The notes under the pieces are model-generated. The model ran no database searches, was not told the origin of the DNA, and saw only the letters and a program-made list of their open reading frames with translations. Below are positions 1-6,026 of a stretch of 40,871 nt of DNA, piece by piece. Numbering within the stretch: position 1 is the first letter of the stretch; each line of letters starts with the position of its first letter. The translations under genes were made by a program, and so were the position numbers. The stretch is from a virus (taxonomy: Duplodnaviria; Caudoviricetes): positions 1 through 40,871 of IMG/VR virus record IMGVR_UViG_3300049023_000043; one strand, given 5' to 3'.

Positions 1-24
1 AAAGAAGGGGTCGGGGGCGGTAGT
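1..24. repeat. 24-nt terminal direct repeat (left copy)
   Basis: AAAGAAGGGGTCGGGGGCGGTAGT is identical to 40848-40871; most likely an assembly circularisation overlap, implying a complete genome. Confidence 0.9.
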
Positions 25-61
25 AGGTGGAAGAGGCGCCAACATCCGCGCCGCCCTTCGG

Positions 62-120
62 GTTAGTGAGTGCTCACCCACGTTGGTAAGCGCTTACATT
101 GTTAGCGAGCGCTCACTTAC
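62..120. promoter_or_regulatory. Three tandem 12-bp palindromic protein-binding sites (SlmA-site-like)
   Basis: GTGAGTGCTCAC (66-77), GTAAGCGCTTAC (86-97), GCGAGCGCTCAC (105-116), spaced 20 and 19 bp, with GTTA/TTAC-type flanks. Confidence 0.7.
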
Positions 121-164
121 AAAATAAGTAAAATTATATGAGGCCAGGCTATCGATTTAAAAAA

Positions 165-479
165 TCAATCATGCCAATGGTGCGATTTATCCATGGGCAA
201 ACCTGTAACATCCGAGCCGATTTTAACGCCGTGGGCCTCTTCTATCTGTTTGGCCTTGTCATGACATCCCTTGCATAGCGATTGCAGGTTCTGGGCGTCA
301 TAGAATAGCGCCGTGTCGCCCTCATGGGGTTTGACATGATCCGCCACGGTGGCGAGCACGGTAAGCCCTAGCTGCGTGCAATACTCGCACAAAGGATGCT
401 CGCGTAGCTGTAGGGCGCGCAATCGCTTCCAATGGGCCGTGTTGTATAGCCGATGATAATCGGGCTTGCCATAGGTCAT
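165..479 (-). CDS. HNH endonuclease, terminase-associated (HK97 gp74-like)
   Basis: PLCEYC...ADHVKPH...NLQSLCKGCHD motif; lies immediately upstream of terS across the circular junction; start moved to the ATG at 479. Confidence 0.85.
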   Translation of the reverse strand: MTYGKPDYHRLYNTAHWKRLRALQLREHPLCEYCTQLGLTVLATVADHVKPHEGDTALFYDAQNLQSLCKGCHDKAKQIEEAHGVKIGSDVTGLPMDKSHHWHD

Positions 480-498
480 AGCGCGAGAGTATAGGCGC

Positions 499-522
499 AA
501 AAAAGCCCGCTTAATAGCGGGC
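499..522 (-). terminator. Intrinsic terminator ending the early leftward operon
   Basis: GCCCGC-TATTAA-GCGGGC followed by TTTTTT on the minus strand. Confidence 0.8.
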
Positions 523-542
523 CTGGTGCAGCAATGAGAGGG

Positions 543-644
543 CTACTCCCCTTTCGATGTGAAGAAGTAAAAGAGGATCGCCAAGGCTAGGCACACGATC
601 CAGACGATAAGAAGCCAGGCGACACGGGCAAGGTTAAGAATCAT
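543..644 (-). CDS. 33-aa single-pass membrane peptide (not in ORF track)
   Basis: MILNLARVAWLLIVWIVCLALAILFYFFTSKGE; ATGA overlap with the upstream stop; ends just before the terminator. Confidence 0.6.
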   Translation of the reverse strand: MILNLARVAWLLIVWIVCLALAILFYFFTSKGE

Positions 645-862
645 TTGCTTTCGCTCCCTTGTTTGCACGGCTCATATTCCGTGCCATTCCATACCTGCAA
701 GTCTTCTCGCTTTGCATGCTTAGAGGATCGCAAAGCCTCTCGCATAGCATCATCGGGGCTAGATGCGCCTATCATAATCCAGCCATAAGAACCTCGGCAG
801 CGATAGCTTGTAAGGCCTGGTGCCGCTAATGGCTTGTTGCAGATGTTTGATTCATTACTCAT
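641..862 (-). CDS. Hypothetical early protein (73 aa)
   Basis: ORF with an ATGA-coupled start at 862 and a GGAGG SD. Confidence 0.7.
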   Translation of the reverse strand: MSNESNICNKPLAAPGLTSYRCRGSYGWIMIGASSPDDAMREALRSSKHAKREDLQVWNGTEYEPCKQGSESK

Positions 863-1023
863 TTTGCATCCCTCCATTCTTTGCAGGCCCGGCTTGATAA
901 ATAGTACTGCACACTTGGATCGCTCATTCGATATTCCTTGACCATAGCGCGCGCTTCTTTAAATGATTCAAACTCGTCCACCGTTTCAAGGTAGCGGCCG
1001 TCTTTACGTTGAATGTAGGTCAT
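859..1023 (-). CDS. Hypothetical early protein (54 aa, not in ORF track)
   Basis: MTYIQRKDGRYLETVDEFESFKEARAMVKEYRMSDPSVQYYLSSRACKEWRDAK fills the gap exactly and overlaps the next start (ATGA). Confidence 0.7.
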   Translation of the reverse strand: MTYIQRKDGRYLETVDEFESFKEARAMVKEYRMSDPSVQYYLSSRACKEWRDAK

Positions 1024-1026
1024 GGT

Positions 1027-1287
1027 CTATCTCACAACTCGAACGGATTTATATTCACGCTCGCACGCTTCACCGCCAGTGCTGTCCGAGCGTTTTACTT
1101 CAAGGTGAATAGGCTCCCAGCCCGTTGACCTACCAACCCAAAAGCGCCGCTTCTCGCCATAGGTTGTTTCTACTTCAACTCTTCTCCCTTCTAAGCCTTT
1201 AAGCTGGGGGGTCAAACATTCAAAAGTTCGATGCGCCTCTTTTTCGCTGGGGCTCAGCTTTTGCCATTTATCCCAAGTCATGCTCAT
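1027..1287 (-). CDS. Hypothetical early protein (86 aa)
   Basis: ORF with a GAGG SD, co-oriented in a tight operon. Confidence 0.7.
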   Translation of the reverse strand: MSMTWDKWQKLSPSEKEAHRTFECLTPQLKGLEGRRVEVETTYGEKRRFWVGRSTGWEPIHLEVKRSDSTGGEACEREYKSVRVVR

Positions 1288-1360
1288 TTTTCGGTTCCTC
1301 TCGTTTAACCCGGCAATGTCGCCGAAAATGCGCCCAATGAAAGGCGCATTATCTGGGGCA

Positions 1361-1627
1361 CTAGGCTAAATTGATATCGCGCATGACCGCCTTTAGCGCC
1401 GTATCAATATGGACGTCATTCATGTAAGCATACAATGGCAGGCCATGCCCGATTTTGAGTTTTGATGCGTATATCAAATCCCAGCGAAGCCTCTTTTCAG
1501 TATCTTTGACCGCCGGGCTATTTTTCAAAACCTTGATATGATCTTGAATAGCCGCCATGCCCAGGCGCGCGACCGCCGATTGAATCGCGGCCTTTAACTC
1601 TTCGTAATGTTCGGGTTTAATCTTCAT
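1361..1627 (-). CDS. Hypothetical early protein (88 aa)
   Basis: ORF starting 1 nt after the upstream stop, AGGA SD. Confidence 0.7.
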   Translation of the reverse strand: MKIKPEHYEELKAAIQSAVARLGMAAIQDHIKVLKNSPAVKDTEKRLRWDLIYASKLKIGHGLPLYAYMNDVHIDTALKAVMRDINLA

Positions 1628-1628
1628 T

Positions 1629-2510
1629 TTAAAGTCCTAACTGCGCAGCAATGCGCTCTATTTCAGAATATGGGATTTGGTGACATCCCACGGTCAAAAC
1701 ATCATCAGCGAAGCCTTGCACGGTGTAATGGCCAAGGCGAATATGCCTTTCAGATACCGATACGCGCTCGCCGCTTTCGTGCCAGGCCTTAATCACGGGC
1801 CAGAATCGCCGCGCATGATCTACGGGAATTTCAGCGCCGCGCGATGTCTGGACAAGATCGCCTTGAACCCGCAAGGCCGTAACTTCGAAGCCATACCCTA
1901 CGTATGCGCCCACGCGCCATTGTTCCAGCCGTTCGGCTTGTTCGGCGGCCCGTTTTGCCTGTGCAACTTTCAATTCCGCCGCTTGTTGCGCCATGCGGGC
2001 TTGTTCGGCCTTTTTCAGCGCATCCAGATTTGCAGGCGCGTCATACTTCACGCCGAAAAACTCTGCGATATCTACAAGGCTTTGAATGTATTGCGCCGCT
2101 TCAGCCTCATACTGCCCGCGCCTGGTGCGCGCCTTTTCGGCTTTCGCCAAGGCTTGCGCCGCTAATTGTTCGGTGAATCTCACCGCGTCACGATCCAGCA
2201 TACCGCCGATGTTTACGGCAGATAGACGGCTCGCGCCGCGTGGGACTCCGTATCGCCGTAACAGCTTCACACCGCTAGGGATCGCGCGCCGCATATCCGC
2301 TTGGTGCCCGCTTGTTGTCATGCTATAGGGCGTGTGATTCAAAATGACGGCCTCTTCGCCCGCCGCATTAGTCACAAATTCGCCGATTGCAGTCGCGTAG
2401 GAATACAACACGCCTTCAACAAAAGACACGCTCGAGCATTCGCCACGCTCTTGAACCTTGTTTGCCCAGAAATGGAACACTTCGGCGGTATTTTTAAGTT
2501 TGGTTCTCAT
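1629..2510 (-). CDS. Hypothetical early protein (~293 aa) with a central coiled coil
   Basis: Long ORF; GGAGG SD and ATGA coupling favour the start at 2510. Confidence 0.8.
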   Translation of the reverse strand: MRTKLKNTAEVFHFWANKVQERGECSSVSFVEGVLYSYATAIGEFVTNAAGEEAVILNHTPYSMTTSGHQADMRRAIPSGVKLLRRYGVPRGASRLSAVNIGGMLDRDAVRFTEQLAAQALAKAEKARTRRGQYEAEAAQYIQSLVDIAEFFGVKYDAPANLDALKKAEQARMAQQAAELKVAQAKRAAEQAERLEQWRVGAYVGYGFEVTALRVQGDLVQTSRGAEIPVDHARRFWPVIKAWHESGERVSVSERHIRLGHYTVQGFADDVLTVGCHQIPYSEIERIAAQLGL

Positions 2511-2623
2511 TTTTGAATCCTCCACAATTGCACTTGCGTTAAAGAAACCCCTAATTGAATCGCTAAAAAATCTGCCAGCTCAGGGGATTGTTGAAACAGC
2601 GCTTTATATTCGGTGCGCGTCAT
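2507..2623 (-). CDS. 38-aa peptide with an HTH-like signature (not in ORF track)
   Basis: MTRTEYKALFQQSPELADFLAIQLGVSLTQVQLWRIQK; fills the intergenic gap and is ATGA-coupled to the next gene. Confidence 0.55.
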   Translation of the reverse strand: MTRTEYKALFQQSPELADFLAIQLGVSLTQVQLWRIQK

Positions 2624-2625
2624 GA

Positions 2626-2802
2626 CTACACCCGCCCACACGCTAATTGTTTTATAACGGATAGGCCTTTGCTTTCTGCCTCATTGATAGCCTTGCGCCT
2701 AGCTTCGCTATCACTTTGAGCTTGAACATAAGCCTTATATCGGCTTGTAACTCTACCAGGGGCCTCTTTTATTTCTAAAATAACCAAATATTCTTTCGTC
2801 AT
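2626..2802 (-). CDS. Hypothetical protein, first gene of the early leftward operon
   Basis: ORF downstream of the promoter at 2839-2867; AAGGGA SD before the ATG at 2802. Confidence 0.65.
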   Translation of the reverse strand: MTKEYLVILEIKEAPGRVTSRYKAYVQAQSDSEARRKAINEAESKGLSVIKQLACGRV

Positions 2803-2838
2803 GATTCGATCCCTTTTTAACGTGTTGAACATGGGTGA

Positions 2839-2867
2839 ATCATCCGCCTTATTAACGCTCGCGTCAA
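2839..2867 (-). promoter_or_regulatory. Sigma70-like promoter with a TTGAC-N6-GTTAA operator variant
   Basis: TTGACG-17nt-GATGAT; palindrome at 2852-2867. Confidence 0.6.
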
Positions 2868-2932
2868 CAATATTTTATGCTTCGTTATAGGCCGCTCGGC
2901 CTGGTCTAGTTAGTGCCCGCTTCGCCTAAAAT

Positions 2933-2983
2933 GTAAGTGAGTACTTACTAACCAAGAGGACAAAAAAGTGAGCGCTTACCAAC
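2933..2983. promoter_or_regulatory. Second cluster of SlmA-site-like palindromes
   Basis: GTAA-GTGAGTACTTAC-TAAC (core 2937-2948) and GTGAGCGCTTAC-CAAC (core 2968-2979); a degenerate copy at 2909-2920. Confidence 0.7.
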
Positions 2984-3025
2984 CTGGACGCGCCCGTTCA
3001 AAAAGTCACGTCCGATCTCAAACCT

Positions 3026-3070
3026 AAAGTTTCCCTTGAACGCAAAGTTTCCCTATCATAAAGTTTCCCT
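3026..3070 (+). repeat. Three direct repeats of AAAGTTTCCCT
   Basis: Exact copies at 3026-3036, 3044-3054 and 3060-3070. Confidence 0.85.
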
Positions 3071-3119
3071 CATAAGATTCCATATTTTTAGAGCAGGGTA
3101 ATCACGGGGCATCGCTAAG

Positions 3120-3290
3120 TCCTTGTTGTATATACTACTACCCCTAATATTATTATTTAAAAGGGTAAGTTAAGTATATGAATATAATAGCATTACGTGA
3201 TAAACACCCTGTACCCCGCTAAAATATATTGCAATCTATAAAGTATATCTATAGTATATAACTATATATAAGTATATGTATAATAGGAGC
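3120..3290. other. Very AT-rich non-coding tract, candidate replication origin/unwinding element
   Basis: TATA-rich runs in an otherwise GC-rich genome, next to iteron-like repeats, at a divergent transcription switch. Confidence 0.45.
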
Positions 3291-3414
3291 GTAGAGAGAT
3301 AAGTGAATCACCCACCGTTTTCAGGTGAACACCCCTCAAACCCGCGCCCCTATTGGTTTTCAGCCCACCCCACTTACCCCGAAAAAAGGTGGGGTACAAC
3401 TTAAGGAATCTTAT

Positions 3415-3780
3415 ATGGACAGGCTAGAAGCGATACAAAAAGGATTTACAGAATATGACTCTACGGAACAATGCGCTACATGCGGATCGTATCGGCGCTA
3501 TACGAAGCGTAGGAGATGCGTAGCGTGCTGGAAGAAACAGGTGGAACGATCGGACAGCCCTCGCCAACTCGCCAAAACCGCCGGCCTTAAGACTTACCAA
3601 ACGGGGAAACCGTGCCGTAATGGCCACATCGCGCCACGCTATACGCAGAGTGGAGCGTGTGCCTTGTGCGTCAATCCGCCCAAGGAGACCGTCTCCGTCA
3701 AACTTGAAGTCCACCCACAGGACGTTCCGGCACTCGAAGCCTACGCTACCGCCCTCCGGTTGACCCGCCCTTCCCCCTAG
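3415..3780 (+). CDS. Cys-rich putative zinc-binding DNA-binding protein
   Basis: Two similar modules CxxC..RRYT..CVAC and Y.TGKPCRNGH..RYT..CALC; AAGGA SD before the ATG at 3415. Confidence 0.7.
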   Translation: MDRLEAIQKGFTEYDSTEQCATCGSYRRYTKRRRCVACWKKQVERSDSPRQLAKTAGLKTYQTGKPCRNGHIAPRYTQSGACALCVNPPKETVSVKLEVHPQDVPALEAYATALRLTRPSP

Positions 3781-3855
3781 AGATATACTGATCAGGCAGG
3801 GCGCAAGACCGTAAGACCAATCCTGCTTTTCGCTACCATTCATAGGAGAAGCATC

Positions 3856-4110
3856 ATGTCTATCGATCAAGTACGTTGCAAAATGCGCTGCCACAGCGTT
3901 CCAGATGTCATTACCGACGAAGCCCAGCCCATCACTTTAGGCGCGGTTTACGAGCCCGACCAAGGGCAACGTGATCTCCCAGAGAACGCGGTTTACGGTA
4001 AGTACACGCCCTGGGGAGAGTTCAAAGCGGGGATAGCAAATCCCGCGGCAAAAGAGTTTTTCAAGCCAGGCAAAAGTTACTACATCACCATTACCGAAGC
4101 TCCCGACTAG
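3856..4110 (+). CDS. Hypothetical phage protein (84 aa)
   Basis: AGGAG SD; ends at the terminator hairpin. Confidence 0.75.
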   Translation: MSIDQVRCKMRCHSVPDVITDEAQPITLGAVYEPDQGQRDLPENAVYGKYTPWGEFKAGIANPAAKEFFKPGKSYYITITEAPD

Positions 4111-4115
4111 CAGAC

Positions 4116-4141
4116 AAAAAAAAACCCGGCGCAAGGCCGGG
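4116..4141 (-). terminator. Intrinsic terminator between convergent operons
   Basis: CCCGGC-N5-GCCGGG stem with a 9-nt U tract on the minus strand. Confidence 0.8.
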
Positions 4142-4161
4142 ATAGGGGAGGGTGAGTAACG

Positions 4162-4359
4162 CTATTCCAAGATACGCCATTCGTCCCAGGTTGTCCATAC
4201 CGGGCCGAGCTGATTATAGGTGCAACGTGCGATCCAAAACGTAGGCTTGCACTCGCGGAAAGTCTTGCCGCCCAGCCACCGGTACTCAACGCGCTTGAAC
4301 GAGCCGAGCGGTTTGTTCCGCAGCGGATCGTCAACGGGTAGGCGGGCTAGGTAGATCAT
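4162..4359 (-). CDS. Hypothetical protein (65 aa)
   Basis: ATGA-coupled to the upstream gene. Confidence 0.65.
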   Translation of the reverse strand: MIYLARLPVDDPLRNKPLGSFKRVEYRWLGGKTFRECKPTFWIARCTYNQLGPVWTTWDEWRILE

Positions 4360-4616
4360 CGCTTACCCTTTTTGTGCCGAGCCCGTCCAGGCGCTGCACG
4401 ATCGACCCAAAACGGTTCCTTGAGTACCGGCGGGCTGACCGTGATCAATTCTTTCGCCATGGTGCGCGCAAGCTCCCTTAAAGCCTGGCTTTTACCGTTA
4501 TGCCGCAATATCGTCACCGTGACGTATGGGCGGCTAGATCCTGTGCGAGTCGCCTGTAAGACCTTGATAAAGTCTTCATCTTCTGTCAAGACTAGGATTT
4601 TATTCGACCCGCTCAC
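4356..4616 (-). CDS. Hypothetical protein
   Basis: ORF in a tight operon; start uncertain (4616 or 4631). Confidence 0.55.
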   Translation of the reverse strand: MSGSNKILVLTEDEDFIKVLQATRTGSSRPYVTVTILRHNGKSQALRELARTMAKELITVSPPVLKEPFWVDRAAPGRARHKKGKR

Positions 4617-4812
4617 TGGCACACCTTTCACAGTATCGTCTCGTTGCGTAACTATAAGGACTTTTGGGCACGCCCGTATCGAAGTAGCGCGACCCCCTAC
4701 CGATCGTCACGTTGCACCGCACGGACGGGTAGTGCCGGTCAAGCGCATCGCATCGATGTGGCGATCGAGCGACACGCCACTTGCCGGCGGGAAAGCAGTC
4801 CGACCTCTTCAA
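4600..4812 (-). CDS. Small Cys-containing hypothetical protein (70 aa)
   Basis: TTG start overlaps the upstream TGA; C-terminal CERC. Confidence 0.5.
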   Translation of the reverse strand: MKRSDCFPAGKWRVARSPHRCDALDRHYPSVRCNVTIGRGSRYFDTGVPKSPYSYATRRYCERCASERVE

Positions 4813-5276
4813 AGCGGCAGTACCTTCAACGCTCGCGCTCGAATGAAGTTGGTGTATTCCACGTAATCTCGCCTGTCTGGAAACCGTGGAGTGGCGTATA
4901 GCGTCACGTCTCGAAGGCTTCGCAGCATCCATGGGTCTGAGAGGTACTTCATCTCATACACGGCCTTGTCGGCAAAGACGCTATCAGCGAAGCCTTGCGT
5001 AGCGTCATCGTAGTTCCAGGCCAGCACGTAGACCCGCTGCTTTGGCTGATACGGCACGCCGCGGATATACTCGTCCCACTTGGCTTCACCGAACAACCGG
5101 CGCCCGATTGTATCTATCCTCCTTGCCTGGAGCACTGTGCCTCGGATAAGGCCTTGCTCCATGGCGTCAGACAAGATCCCAAGCTCATAGCCTGAAACTT
5201 GCGGCGCGTCTTTGTTCAAGGCGTCCCAGCACTTCTCCGCCCGCTCCGACAAACTCGGTACAACGCGGGCTGTCAT
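4809..5276 (-). CDS. Hypothetical protein (155 aa)
   Basis: ATGA-coupled start at 5276. Confidence 0.65.
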   Translation of the reverse strand: MTARVVPSLSERAEKCWDALNKDAPQVSGYELGILSDAMEQGLIRGTVLQARRIDTIGRRLFGEAKWDEYIRGVPYQPKQRVYVLAWNYDDATQGFADSVFADKAVYEMKYLSDPWMLRSLRDVTLYATPRFPDRRDYVEYTNFIRARALKVLPL

Positions 5277-5557
5277 CGGAACCACCAGGCGACCATGAGC
5301 GCCCAGCCAACGATACAAAGCGCAACGATGGCGAGATATGCGCCCGACTTCTCGGCTTCCATCGGCGGCTCGACGTGAACGCGATACGCGACGATATCGG
5401 AAAAATGATCATCGTGTCGCCAGTAAAATACTTCTGCGGTATCCTGCGGATAAGATTCCAACTCCGCGCCATTACGGAACCGCAAATCGACGCGCGTACC
5501 AGGCGGAACAGGGCACTCGCCACCGTTCCATTCGATCCATGGGTTAGTGTTGGTCAT
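5273..5557 (-). CDS. Hypothetical protein with a C-terminal transmembrane helix
   Basis: WIEWNGGECPV...DIVAYRV module commonly seen in phages, plus a hydrophobic tail. Confidence 0.75.
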   Translation of the reverse strand: MTNTNPWIEWNGGECPVPPGTRVDLRFRNGAELESYPQDTAEVFYWRHDDHFSDIVAYRVHVEPPMEAEKSGAYLAIVALCIVGWALMVAWWFR

Positions 5558-5961
5558 ACGGCCTCCGCTTTGGCGATGGCTACATTCAGGCTTTCACGCG
5601 CCCCTTCAAGACGGCTTAGTCTGGCGCTGCCAGGCGCATCAAGTTCGTCATAGTGTGCTTGCGCAGCCATCAGTTCTTTTGCCGCGGCCAGCAATTCGTC
5701 GCGCTGATCTTTCCACTTGAGCATTAAATCAACCATAGCCTTTGCATCCGATTGATCGCACGCTTCCAAGCGCTCAGTCGCAATTGCAGCACAAGCATTG
5801 ACGCATGCAACAATGCGGCGAGCGTTGGCATCACAAGTATCGCCCTCAACCCACGATTCGCTGCTAACACCGAGATGACCAATCATGGTTTTATGCCCGT
5901 TGATATCAGCGTAAATTGCAAGGCTTTCCGCTTGCCAAGGCTCCGGTGTGTGCTTAAACAT
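5554..5961 (-). CDS. Hypothetical phage protein (HTPxPW...ANARRI family)
   Basis: KHTPEPW and DANARRIVACVNAC motifs; AACGGAGG RBS. Confidence 0.8.
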   Translation of the reverse strand: MFKHTPEPWQAESLAIYADINGHKTMIGHLGVSSESWVEGDTCDANARRIVACVNACAAIATERLEACDQSDAKAMVDLMLKWKDQRDELLAAAKELMAAQAHYDELDAPGSARLSRLEGARESLNVAIAKAEAV

Positions 5962-5997
5962 AAAGTTTCCCTCCGTTAAATTAGGTACGACAGGATC

Positions 5998-6026
5998 ACT
6001 CTATACCTTATTGACGGACGTGTCAA
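5998..6026 (-). promoter_or_regulatory. Sigma70-like promoter with a perfect TTGAC-N6-GTCAA operator
   Basis: TTGACA-17nt-TAGAGT; 26 of 27 nt identical to the element at 17576-17602. Confidence 0.75.

Noticed and set aside
62-120. Palindromic repeats as a mini-CRISPR array
   Set aside because: Units are 12 bp, degenerate and separated by only 7-8 nt, which fits protein-binding sites.
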